Shown piece after piece: positions 23,953-36,165 of a stretch of DNA of 64,000 nt (its first letter is position 1; each line of letters begins with the position of its first letter). Position numbers and translations under genes: made by a program. A model generated the notes under the pieces. It saw only the letters and a list, made by a program, of their open reading frames with translations, was not told where the DNA came from and did no database searches. Source of the stretch: Zootoca vivipara (lineage: Eukaryota); contig NC_083276.1 of NCBI RefSeq assembly GCF_963506605.1, positions 105,028,001-105,092,000 on the forward strand. Direction: 5' to 3'.

Positions 23953-25589
23953 ATAAGGGAGCTGTAACCCTCTCAACTCTGACTTCCCTGACTCAGGGGT
24001 GTACAAAGGGGGGCGGGGGCGGCTGGCCCTGGGTGCCACCCTGGGGGGGTGACAAGATGGCCCGCATGCCCTCGGCCGTTCTACAGATCCCTTTTTAGCT
24101 AGAGGCTTGGGGAACTGAATCAAAGACCATCTTGAAAAATAACAGCAAAAGATTGAAACCTTTATTAATATGATTGTGACAGTATCATATAAGTAATTCT
24201 ATCCAGTTTCAAAATATTCTCCCCAACGGAGTTGATGTTAGATGGGCCATTGATTTTGACAGAACCCATGTTGGACTTGTGTCTATTCCCTTCTTCCAGC
24301 CCCAGTACTAAAAATGAAAGAGCACCCTTTACTATTAAGCTAAATTTCATTTCCTAGCTAAAAAGTGAATGCCAATCAAATCTCTTCCCAACTGAATAAT
24401 TTTTTATTTTTTTTTAGCAGTATGTAGAGATGTCATCTTGGTTCAAAGTGAACATTAAAGCTTTTTCTAGCAGTTTAGAGTTGGATCCACTTGCAAGTAA
24501 ATGTCTTCAAGACTTGGGGCAATGGTGTCATCGCGTTCCTAGAATGTTGCAATGAACAGAATGGTGCCAAATTGGAATTCCGCCCTTATCTTTATGAAGA
24601 AAAAAGTACACCCCCTTTACTTTTTTAAGAGCAAGAAAAGCCTTTCAATTAACTGTATTCATCACACGAACGAAGTACAAAGTATATAAAAAAGGAGTCA
24701 TGGAACCCTTAAGGATCCCTAAATACACTTACGGTAGATCCAAGGGAAGTATCACCATTGTGGGTCTTTGAAGTGTGCTTTGCCTTCTCAGGCTTTCCCC
24801 ACTCCTTGGCCAGTGAATGGGCTTTGCCTTGCTGGCCCTGGGCAAGGTAGGGGCCTAGCACCGTAGGGATAAACATCACTGTTTATTATGGTTTTCAAAT
24901 CCTTGATAGGATTGGGAAAGGGTGTACAATTTAATGCAGATTTTAGCCAAATGCATTCTCGTGGCACTGCCATTGTAATCATCAGGCGCCCACCCAGCCC
25001 TGACTTACATTTCATGTTATCATGGAACAATACATTAGGAATCTCAGTGGAAGGGGAAATGGTCATTCTGCCTTTTTCATTTCTTCTCTTCAAAGAGCAC
25101 TGTTCAATATAAAACACCAGGTTGAAGTTCACAATTTGTTTAAATTTGTTCCACTTATCTTTCTTTATTCACTATTTACGCAAGGTTAAGAGAATGTGAT
25201 TTTCTAGCTTGAAACATTGTTAACGTGCACTTGATCATTAGAAATTTAAACGATACTTAAAGCTTCATCTGTATAACCGGATTTCAATATAAACAAAGTA
25301 TGCATTAAACAAAGAATTTTGTCACAGTAGCCCCCTGTCAAACCTGTTTTCTCTACCCCAATGCAAAGAAGAGCTGGTTTTTTGTTTCAGGCTGATGAAC
25401 ATTTTCTGGGAAGCCTTTGGCATACATCACCTCTTAGCTCCCTGCACCTCACTGGAACTAAGGATGCAATCTTGAATACTCCTATTAAATAATAAGTCCT
25501 ACTTAACTGTGACGGAGTTCTGAGTAAAAATGTTTAAGCCATGTGCTGTAAGCCAAAGCTCCTGTAACGACAATGAATACATATTCTTC

Positions 25590-25722
25590 TTCTATTGACC
25601 CTGCTTCCTATGTTGTCACCCTCATGTTGAATGTCTCACTGTAAGCTCCTCAGGGCAGGGATTTCTCTTCTTGTGCTTTGCAAAGCGCCATGCACATTGT
25701 AGGTACTATGTAAATACCCTAA
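25590..25722 (+). mobile_element. ancient L2 3' terminus
   Basis: CTGTAAGCTCCTCAGGGCAGGGA..AGCGCCATGCACA..GTAGGTACT..TAAATA. Confidence 0.7.
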
Positions 25723-27617
25723 TACTTTTTTCTTAATTCTTACCAGCGATGTAACAATGATCTAACCAAGCCAAAGAACCTAGCAAGTCAAACATAGTTT
25801 ATCAGAAGTCTGACTGCCCGTACACAGTTTAGAAGATCACAAATTGTGCAGAATGCTTGATATTTGAAGCCAGGTAGAGGAACCCCAGCTAGAAATCCTC
25901 ATCCTGACCTGACCAAACTCTACCTAGCTGAATTTTTGTGCATGTGCAATATCAATTGTAGCTTGGGAACATGGTGAGTAACATGACATTGTATTCCAAC
26001 CCCTGTACATTACAAAGTCATGCCGTGATTGGCTATTTTCACAAGCGCTTTGCTTGCTACAGTCAAGTGACTTGGAGGCAGTGCAGGCAGAGGCAGAGGC
26101 TGAGGTGCAAGCAGAAGAACAAGGAGAGGCAGATCCAAGCATTTTTAAATGACTGGTCCCTTTGGCAAAGCGCAATGAAAGGGTTACAGTAAAATCATTC
26201 CACACATGGGCACTGCAGATGGGAAAGTTAAGGGTTATAGAAAGCCTGAGGATGTGCAAAAAAAAAAAATGTCACTTTTTCGTAATGCAAGACTTGCACA
26301 GCTGCAAAAAAAAATCCCCTAAATTAAATTGTGAAAATATTAAAGGTTTCAAAGTTAGGGTTTGTTATACATTAGAGAACTACAAACTTACTTGATCTGA
26401 CTTATGGACAGGCTAATTTTGAGTTTTGGTGTCATTACTAACTTTGAGGAGTTCTGCTCTCTTCCCAAGTAGGCTATGGTGCCTTGCATACTTCAGAATG
26501 TACAGAGGTACTTGACTCACTCGAATTCTCCCTGTTAGTCTATGCTTGGTCAACTAGACTGCCCTCAGATCTGAGACAGACATCTTGACTGTCTCCAAGT
26601 TCAGTACCTGAGGTTTTTTTATCAGGTAGGGCAGGAAGTCAGAGCAGAGCCCGCTGGGCTGAGAGATTTACCTGTGTTCCCTACCTCCCTATACAGCAGT
26701 GCCAAATAATAAATGTTATCATACCTGGGGATCCTGTCAAGTTGGTATTCTAAGACTAAATCATTGCAGCGATGGTGAGGGTGATTAAAATTAAATCCCC
26801 ACTCAGCGATGCCCAGCAGTCCACACTTAAATTGAAATGTGCTTAAGGCATGGGGTGTTAAAATGTATGAAAGTGCTTTCCCTTCCAAACTGGACTTCCC
26901 ATCTCTCCTCAACATAGAAGTTTGACTGAGTATATCAGCTTGTCTGTTCCCTTATGCCTGTTCCTCTTCTTCAGCTCCTCTCCTACGCCTAGAACACCTG
27001 TACTGAAAAGTGTCTCACTTGTACCCTGCAGACTGACAGGATGGGGAACCTGAAGCTTGGGTGAATAGTTTAAGATCTTATTGTGATTTATCTGGAAATG
27101 GTTCAGTTTGGTTGTGTACGTTTTGATGCATTTTATTTATTGTTTTGTTATGTTTGTAATGATGTAAATCTTTTCATGTTGCAAGCTGCCTTGAGCATGG
27201 TTTGAACCATGGAAAGGTGGCACACAAATGTGATGATGATAGCGATGAAGCAGTGTCAACAGGCTCACCAACTCATTTTAGCATTGGGGGGGCTAGCTAG
27301 TTAAATTGTGTCAGGATGTGGCCAGCTCTGTGGGCATCAGATGAGAGAGACCCAACCCAACCCTCTTCCCCATAGGCATCCAGAAGTGAGTGCTGGCCAT
27401 GCCTTTGAGTAACTTGCAGTAGATGGTCAAGGATTTCTGACTCCTTCAGTGGGAGGTTGGCCACAGATGCCTGACCTGATATTTACTTACCAGTGGGTGT
27501 TTCAACTCTGCAGTTGGGCTTATTTGATGTTTGTCACATGGTTGCCACTCCTCCGTCATTCCTGGCTTTCATTTTGCATTGGTAACGCCTGGAATTCCAA
27601 ATGCACCAATGTATGTA

Positions 27618-27861
27618 CAGTGGTACCTCTACTTACGAATTTAATGTGTTCTGAACGCACATTTGTAAGTCGAAAAAAATTGTAATTCGAATCCCATAGG
27701 AATGCATTGGGAGAAAAAAATTCGTAAGTCGAAGCAACCCTATCTAAAAATTTGTAAGTAGAAAAAATCCTATCTAAACCGCATCCAAGATGGCGGACGG
27801 AGCTCCATTCGTAAGTAGAAACATTCGTAAGTAGAGTTATTCGTAAGTAGAGGTACCACTG
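27618..27861. mobile_element. Tc1/mariner (pogo/Tigger-like) MITE
   Basis: perfect 23-bp TIR CAGTGGTACCTCTACTTACGAAT; TA TSD. Confidence 0.94.
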
Positions 27862-27925
27862 TACCTGAATTCCATTGTGCCTTGCACTCATTGGAGGAAA
27901 GGCAGGATATAAGTGAAATGAAATA

Positions 27926-28142
27926 CAGTAGTACCTCGGGTTACGAACACGATCTGTTCCGGGTCGCAGTTTGTAACCCGAAAAGGTCGCAAACCGAGCG
28001 CCATTTCTGCGCATGTGCAAAGCGTGGTTTTTGCGATTTTCGCGCTTTGCACATGCGCATGCGCGGAACGCGCGCGCGACGAAAACACTTCCGGGTTTGC
28101 GGAGTTCATAACCCGAACTGTTCGTAACCCGAGGTACGACTG
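27926..28142. mobile_element. Tc1/mariner (pogo/Tigger-like) MITE, CpG-rich
   Basis: TIR CAGTAGTACCTCGGGTTACGAAC / GTTCGTAACCCGAGGTACGACTG; TA TSD. Confidence 0.94.
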
Positions 28143-28297
28143 TACCTTGATAAATGACATCTGGTGGGTGACTTCGATCACCCAAGCACTCTCTACACAA
28201 ACTTCCCTGCTCCTTGCCAAATCCCCCTTTTCCTCTTGTGTTAGTAACATGGTGGGAACTACAGGTGGTGGAAATTGTTATGTTTTACAATACCGCA

Positions 28298-28532
28298 CCT
28301 CCTGCCAACTTAGCAGTTCGAAAGCATGTCAAAGTGCAAGTAGATAAATAGGTACCGCTCCAAGCGGGAAGGTAAACGGCGTTTCCGTGTGCTGCTCTGG
28401 TTCACCAGAAGCGGCTTTGTCATGCTGGCCACATGACCTGGAAGCTGTACGCCGGCTCCCTCGGCCGATAACGCAAGATGAGCGCCACAACCCCAGAGTC
28501 GGTCACGACTGGACCTAATGGTCAGGGGTCAC
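28298..28532 (+). mobile_element. Sauria SINE, 5'-truncated
   Basis: 3' two-thirds of the SINE; TSD TTTTACAATAC(C/A)GCA. Confidence 0.93.
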
Positions 28533-28599
28533 TTTTACAATACAGCATAAAAGATAATAGGCTGCCTGAGGAGGAAGAGGAAATGGGAAGATAGGAAGC

Positions 28600-28600
<1 letters not shown>

Positions 28601-28648
<48 letters not shown>

Positions 28649-28778
28649 TTTATGCCACCCATCTGAATGGGTTCCCCCAGCCACTCCGGGTGGTTTCCAA
28701 CAAAATGAAACATAATACAACATAAGCATTAAAAACTTCCCTGAACATCTTCAGATGTCTTCTGAAAGTCAGATAGCC
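28601..28778 (-). mobile_element. L2 3' end with (AAT)16 tail
   Basis: YLTFRRHLK..FREVF; 3' UTR matches 45065-45200. Confidence 0.85.
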
Positions 28779-28794
28779 CACTATTGTCGAGCAG

Positions 28795-28890
28795 GAGTTA
28801 TTTCCAGCCCTGCCTGGAGATATCGGGGTTTGATCCTGGGACCTTTTGCACCTGAAGAAGGTGCTTTCCCACAGAGCTACAGCCCTTTCC
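28795..28890 (-). mobile_element. Squam3-like SINE head
   Basis: reverse complement GGGCTGTAGCTC..AAGGTCCCAGGATCAAACCCCG..CTCCAGGCAGGGCTGG. Confidence 0.65.
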
Positions 28891-29502
28891 CTTTGTTTGA
28901 GGATCCTTTCCCATTCCAGACCCATCACTCCCACCCCTTCCCTCCAATTCCTCCTGCATCTCTTCCCTTTACCTTTTCTGTACGCGCTGATGGCAAAACA
29001 AACCTTTCAAGATGTTCCGTCGCAAGAAAACGGAACCTTTTTTTTGTTCTAATCAGGAACTCCCACTAAAGATGCAAAGGCAGGTAAGGCCTAGCTAATT
29101 GCTGAAAAGTAACAATATGATTTCTACTGCTTTTCAGTATCTAATACACTTTTAGGAAGGAATAATCAAGGGCTTAGGAAGCACCAGATTTGGTATGTTT
29201 AAATGCATAATTACTGTAATGCTTCATTAAAAATGGCTTTTTAAAAATCATTGCAGACTAAGGTGATTTGCATAGTTACTTAGAGGCACCTGACTTTCTT
29301 CAACCATCCCATATTGCCGCCTGAAGCACCGTACTGGATGCTGTTCCTCTCTCTCTCCTTTGCTACAACTTTCTCTCACCCAGTCACCAGCCCCATTTTT
29401 CCTTTGCTTCCCAGAAGCCACCTTCGTGGCTTGCCATAACCCTGCTTCTAATCTCGGTGTCTTCCTCCTGTGGAATACAAGCTCTTACTCTCTCTTCATA
29501 GG

Positions 29503-30570
29503 AGAATCATAGAATTTTAGAGTTGGAAGGGACCCCGAGGGTCATCTAGTCTAACCCCTGGCAATGCAGGAATCTCAACGCAAGCATCCGTGACAGATGG
29601 CCATTCAGCCTATGCTTTAAAACCTCCAAGGAAGGAGAGCCCACCACCTTCAGAGGGAATCCATTCCACTATTGAACAGCTCTTACCATCAGAAAATTCT
29701 TCCTGCTGTTTAGTCACAATCTTCCTTCTTGTAACTTGAAGCCTTTGGTTTGAGTCCTACCCTCTGAAGTAGGAGAAAACAAGCTTGCTCCACAGGGCAG
29801 TCTCGAGCAGGTCGCGCGCCCTGGCGCTGAGGGGCAGAGATTGCTCCGGCGCCCCCGCCCTTGCAGGGCGCAGCATGGTTGCCGCGCGGCGCCCTGCCTA
29901 CTGGCCCGGCGCCCTGGCGCACCGCGCCACCGGGGGTCTACCTAGAGCCGGCCCTGTTGCTCCATCTTCTATGTGACAGCTCTTTAGATATTTGATGATG
30001 GCTATCATATCTCCTCTCAATCTCCTCTTTATCATGATAAACATATCCAACTCCCTCAACCATTCCTCATAAGGCTTGGTTTCCAGACCTTTGGTTGCCT
30101 TCCTCTGCACATTCCAGCAGCATTCCAGGTCAATATCCTTCTTAAATCATGGCACCCAGAACATGACACAGTTTTTCAGGTATAGTCTGACCAAGGCAGA
30201 ATAGAGGGCCGAAGTTTGGGGATGCCTGGTTAAGGTCATCTTGAAACCGGATTCTGTCTTTTGTGGCATTAGCTACCACTCCCAGTTTGGTGTCATCTGC
30301 AAATTGGATGAACATCCCCTCAATTCCTTTATCCAAGTCATTTATGAAGGTGTTGAAAAACAACGGGCCCAGGACAACCCTGCAATACTCCACTTGCCAG
30401 TTTCCCCCCCAAGATGACAAGGAACCATTAATAACCACTCTTATTCAACCAGTTAACCAGCTACAAAGCCACCTAACAGTTAACTCACCCAGGACACATT
30501 TTACCAGCTTCTCTACAAGAATATCATGGGAGAATTTGTCAAAAGCCTTACTGAAATGAAGAAACGCCAC
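29503..30570 (-). mobile_element. CR1 ORF2 3' region, interrupted and partly deleted
   Basis: VLGPLFFNTFINDLDKGIEG..FADDTKLG; [18 protein letters not shown]; AGAATCATAGAAT tail. Confidence 0.93.
29793..29956. mobile_element. young GC/CpG-rich hAT (Tip100-like) MITE inside CR1
   Basis: TIR CAGGGCAGTCTCGAG / CTAGAGCCGGCCCTG; perfect TSD TTGCTCCA (29785-29792 / 29957-29964). Confidence 0.93.
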
Positions 30571-30682
30571 ATCCACAACATTCTCCTGATTCTTCCCACA
30601 TTTCCCCACTCATGTACTGTTTCTTTTACTGTACCCAGTAAGCTTGGGGAAGGGTTTGGGGGTTTACAGAACAAAGGGGAAA

Positions 30683-31014
30683 CAGAGCTGGCCCAAGACA
30701 TTTTGCTGCTTGAGGCAAAAAAGCAAATGGCGTTCTCCCTCAACCCTGAGTCACAGTGCCTAGCATCCAAGACCAGCCAAGCTATCCCCGCCCCCAACTT
30801 AGTCATAGGTTTAATGATAAGATTAAAGGTCCAAGTGTTTGAACCAAGTATTTCACAGCTGAGGCTGAAAATCCCAGAACCATCTTTCCTGATCCCTAGC
30901 AAAACAAATTAAATAGCTTTTTTTTAAAAAAAAATATGGCTGCCTTTTCCTGAAACCCAAACGGAGCTGCTTGAGGCAGCTACCTCATTTTGCCTAATGA
31001 AAGGGCCGGCACAG
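30683..31014. mobile_element. older hAT (Tip100-like) MITE
   Basis: termini CAGAGCTGGCCC / GGGCCGGCACAG; repeated subterminal GCTGCTTGAGGCA. Confidence 0.6.
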
Positions 31015-33559
31015 AGGGAGAGCATGATCCTCAAAAAAGAGCGTTTTGTCCAAGAGTTGTGTCACTTCTGTAGGAGAAAATAAAGCGAGAGTGAAGGAAA
31101 GGAAATTGAGTAGGGACCCCATCCTTCCCCAATCTCCAAAGTCTGATTACAGAAGAAGTAAGCTTTGGCAAGATTTAGATGGGGGTGGAATATGGGAAGT
31201 TATTCTGCTCCAATGACAGGAGTAATGGGATGAGGAGTGGATCCTGTTTCCCCCCAAATAAATTCATAAACAAGCTCTGCTTCAGCCACTGACAAGAAGC
31301 TGAAGCAAGTAAAAAATGTGTGTGGGGAGTGGAGGATGAAAAAGGGGCACACCCATATCCCATTTTTACATTGTTAGAGATAAAAAAAATCAAATCAGCT
31401 GGGATGTGAGAGTGTAGGCAAGTCATGGTGTGAGAGTAAAAGAGAGGAAAGGAATGTGAGCCAAGCATTCAGAGCCCTGATTTTTCCCCCTTCTGCGCCA
31501 TCAGGGAGATAAATTGATGCCATGGTATTTATTTCAGATGTCCTTGATGTTATGAGCATGCCTATGTGGGGGTTTCCCCCCTGCTCTCGTATCTCTTTAA
31601 AAAGATCCTCAGTTACTATGTACATGATATCATCTGCCAGGGTCTTTGAAACCTCTGCTTTGCATTAAAGACAAAGAATTTGTCTCAATTAACACTCTTG
31701 GAGAGTTTCCTGGCACAGGAACATAATTAACTCTTTGCTGGCCTGGCTAATTTCTGCGTTTTTTTTTAAAAAAGTCCGATAATAACAAAATTGGAGCACT
31801 CAATCCACAGGGTAGCCATTAAGCCCACTCCGTTATTGTGCAGCCTGCATTCAGACCACAATTACCGTCAGAGAATTGCCCGGGAAGCGGCTCCTTGTAC
31901 GCAAACAAGAATACCATTCATTAAAGACCTCCTCTTCAATAAAATACAATCTATACTTTTTTTAATGAATATTTGAGAAAGGGAAATATAATTTTGGCTT
32001 CAGGAACCTGCAATATGATTATTATTCTTTTAATAACATAGTCGCCGTGCGCCCCCCCCCATACATTTACAGACAGATGTTAGAGAAGGGAGCAGCAGAA
32101 ATGAGATGGATGGTTGGAGAGCTAAGGCTTGTGGAGCGAGGGAGGGAGGGAGGGAGGGGAGAAAAGCAGAGATGATGGCAAATGAAGTCAGAGTTAAATA
32201 AGGTTTTCCCAGTTTTGCATTTTAAAAGGAAGTCATCGTCTCCTTTTAAAATAACCCTGTGAGTTTTAAGGGTATTCCCAGTCCAGTAGATTCTATTTAA
32301 GCCGTTTTGGACTAGTTAAACATTGAAACAGGGAATGCCTTAAAACACACTATTTTTAAATCTGTGGTTCTTTTATCCACTGCAGAGATGCATTCCGAAT
32401 CAGGGTACGGAGTATCCAGCAGTATTCCAGATAATGAGTATGCTGCGGAGTATGCTGCGGAGTATCCAGCAGTATTCCAAGTGGCACACTTACTTTCGTC
32501 TATTTCTATATACTGTTTTCATCTTTTTAGAAAGACAATATAGCTGGTTATTGTTTTAACCCTTTTGCAAGAAGTGGGGGGGGGGAAGGGAAATTAAGTA
32601 ACCCCAAACCCACCTGGTATATCAGGCGTTTCTTTTTTAAAAAATAAAAATCGATACTCTTTTCTGTGAACTCTGAACATCGCCTCAAGGCTTGGAGGTC
32701 AAAGTTAAAAATGTGATAGCGTATGTATCTCATTTTCAGCACAGATATATTTGTTCAATACGACATGGGCTTATATTTATGGCCCTGTGGGTAACATTGA
32801 AAATTACAATTCTGGTAAACATGGTGTGGCTGTATCACTGCCTCCATCCCAGTCCCATCTAGTCATACAGAAGTCAGCAGTTTTCTTTTGATAAATTGTG
32901 GTGCATGTGTACTATAGATGATGATACAGGCTTTCTGCTTACTTTTAAGGAATACAACGACAGGGGCTCTGTCTCTCGCAACACACTCTGATGGCTCCAA
33001 AGCATGATTTCTAAGCTCTACCTCCTAACCTTCTTCTTGGCAGGTCACGCTGATGGTGATGAGAGACAGATGGCTTCGTTAGCACTGAAAATGAAGGTGA
33101 CAAGAAGTGTGATCAGCACCAATATTTGGCTACAGTTATGATATGCCCCCAGTCCACCCGACACTGTTCAGTTTCTTATGCAACAGGCAGTCTATAGGTC
33201 TGATGAAGGAAGGGGAAAGAGTGGAGAGTCTAACTGTTAGATTAATACATCCCATAAATTCCCACAAAACCTGGAGCCCCATTAGGGTCAGATTGCAACC
33301 GGCAAGCCACATGTTGAATATTATTCAGTAGAGAAATGCTGTAAGTGTCACCTGTTACTTGTGTAGCCAGACGTAGTGGTTTCTGCTGCATAAAGAGCTG
33401 ATGAGTTGCCCTGTACTGTTATCAGATAAGGCTCTTGCTTATAAGGTGGGATTGTTAAGGAACAGAGTGGAAAATTTTTCAGTGGGAAAGAGGCACAAGA
33501 ATAACTGGGCAACAGTGTTTAATACATAGTTTTGCATCTCAGACAAAGTTGTTTTATTT

Positions 33560-34615
33560 TTACTTAAAAATTAGTTCTATGCTTCCTTCTGTTTGGAGGA
33601 TTTCAAGGCAGTTTACAGCAAGACTATAAAACAACCACAAAAAACAACATTAAAATATCTATCATTTTTTCTTAAAAAAATGTTTAGGGGTACTCTGATT
33701 TTGATGCAGGAAAACCACGATTTTATAGTTCAAATCTGGAAAAATAAAGACAGTAAATGGACAAAAGTACAAAGAACATGCATTACTCATATTGAAATAC
33801 TGCCCCTCAATGAGGCCAAACTTTCATCTGTTAAACACCACACGTTCACATTCCACACTGCTTCACACATTAAACACTCATTTCCATCTGTGACTCAAGA
33901 AACACCAGGAAAGGAAAGGAACTGACAATTCACTGTGCTAGAGAAGAAACAAACAAAAAAAAAATTTAGTTTCTTCTCTCTCTGACAATTCACTGTGCTA
34001 GAGAAGAAACTAAAAAAAATAAATACCAATTTTAGTTTCTTCTCCCATTAGATTCACAAAATGTTTAGCGGTATGAGTACCCCTGCTTCCCCCCAGAAAA
34101 AAGAACTGTATCAGTATAATAACAACCAGAATAGTCAATGTTAACAATCGACATGTTGTCAATGTTGAGAAAGTGCTCAGGCAAACAAATCCTTTTTAAC
34201 ATATACTGGAAACCTACTATATAGTTGGATCTCACCTCACTTCATTAGGGAGACTATTCCACATGGTAGGAGCCACCACAAAGAAGCCCCTCCCCTTCTT
34301 GGTTGCTATGAGACAAATTATTGTACTGTGTGCCACAACCAAGAGGGTCTCGTCTGAATATCTTAGGGAACAGGCTAGTCTGGTTGGAAGAAGGTGTTCC
34401 CTCAAGTAGCCCGGTCCTAAGTTGTTTACAGCTTTGTAAGTTGATAATAAAAATTTCGGTCAGTAGCTAATTGCCAGCCAGTGCAGTTCCTTTAACAAGG
34501 GTGTCAACAAGGTAAATGGCTCCAGTCAGGAACCCCATTGTGTTCTGCATCAGCTTCAGCTTCTGAACCAACCTTAAGGGCAGCCCCACGAAGAACACAT
34601 TACAGTAATCCATGC
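33560..34615 (-). mobile_element. old L2 ORF2 3' remnant, interrupted by a MITE (~33660-34108)
   Basis: GGGAGACTATTCCAC..GGAGCCACCACAAAGAAG; AAGGGCAGCCCC..CATTACAGTAATCCA (LDYCN..GLP). Confidence 0.7.
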
Positions 34616-35554
34616 TGAGTGCAAATTATTCAGAGAAATAATAATGCTTTGCAACTTAAGTAGGGGAGGGATTATGAAATAAGAATAATAACACGATAAT
34701 AATGTTATTAATTTTACTTCTGCCATTTTTCTCTTATTAATATGCATCCTTCCTCCCACCCCAACATCTTCCCCCCCTCAGGCAACACCAACACGAGAAA
34801 GGGTTCTGACACACTAGCAAACCCCATCCAACCTGATGCACAGAAAACAAAAGTCTGAGCAGTAAAATCGAGCTGGTTTTGCAACCTGCCTTCCTCCACT
34901 GCAAACAGTGCAAATTATCAAACCTGCATCAGGCCATGATTTGGTGAAACTTTGCAAAGACTAGCCTCCACATGCACTTCAAATTTACAAGGAACACCAT
35001 AGTTTAAAAGCAAAGCAAAGCGGGTGTGTTATTATTTTCTAACTGTGCCGAAATGATTTGCTAACTGAGCATCACTGGAAGCGGATGAAGCCTGAGGTTC
35101 CTGCGACTATTTTCAACATTCAAGCCTTTCCCTCGCCTGCCTTCTGCTTTCAGGAAGAAAACTCTTCCCGAGCCAGCATTCCCTGCTTATGTGTGCCACT
35201 CATGCATGGAGTGAAATGTGTTAACCTTTAAACAATTTAGAAGTTGGTGCAGTTAATAGGCAGGACAGATAGTTACAAAGTCCTGATTAACTACAGAATA
35301 CAGAGACATGTGAAAACTTGTACATAGCAAAAGAAAGAGACAGCAGCTATTACTTACCAGCCCGACACACACAGGTATGGCTCTTGCTGGAGTGGGATTC
35401 AGAACAGCAACATTGCCCTCTTTTGGCAAAACAGGGCACCATGTGTTTACTCCTTCCAGGAATTCAGGGGGCCTTTTCCCCTCGCAAGCAGGCTGGTGTG
35501 ACAACGGGAAGCAGCTGAAAAGAATAAGAAATAGAGATGGTTTGCAAAGGGGAG

Positions 35555-35556
<2 letters not shown>

Positions 35557-35604
<48 letters not shown>
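35557..35604. repeat. (TA)24 microsatellite
   Basis: direct reading. Confidence 0.97.
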
Positions 35605-35607
<3 letters not shown>

Positions 35608-36002
35608 ACCCTCCACAGAATATTCTGCTTACCAATAAGGACAGCCAGCAGAAAGTTCAGAATGCACAGAAACAGCTGAAAGACGGAGCATTGCACTGCT
35701 CTGAATCACTGCAACCCACTCTTTGCTACAGTGAGTCACACAGAATGTTTTAGTCTGTTGCTCGGAAGTTGACTTCTTTTTCAAATCTCATACAAAGAAG
35801 AAAATTCTATGGCAGGCGTTGGCGATACCTTATTGCCCACATGCTTCTGGGGGTGGGGAACCCGTGGCCCTCCAGATGTTGCCAGTCCTCAAAGCCCATC
35901 ACCCCTGGATGCCAGCTGGGGCTGTTTGGGGGCAGGGGCATTTGTGTAGGAATGCCACCATAGAAGCTTGAGTAGAAGCTTAGAATGGGGAAAGAGCAGC
36001 AT

Positions 36003-36003
<1 letters not shown>

Positions 36004-36054
<51 letters not shown>
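36004..36054. repeat. compound (CA)n(TA)n microsatellite
   Basis: direct reading. Confidence 0.95.
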
Positions 36055-36165
36055 CCACATCTCACTCTGTTTCATCCATAGTACTGCAACTTTTGAAACT
36101 TGTCTAATATGAGATATTTTTCAGATGCCAGCTCAGCAGGCCACTCGATCTCTACAGACCTCCCA

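Noticed and set aside
24421-24496. Possible exon after a T-rich NAGNAG acceptor
   Set aside because: Weak donor and unrecognised peptide
25748-25872. Strong acceptor after an L2 tail
   Set aside because: Stops in all three frames; cannot be supported as coding
27618-27861. Regularly recurring TTCGTAAGT units resembling an array
   Set aside because: They are subterminal transposase-binding repeats of a MITE, not CRISPR; the context is eukaryotic
27556-28200. 214-aa minus-strand ORF
   Set aside because: It runs through two palindromic MITEs and has no transposase motifs
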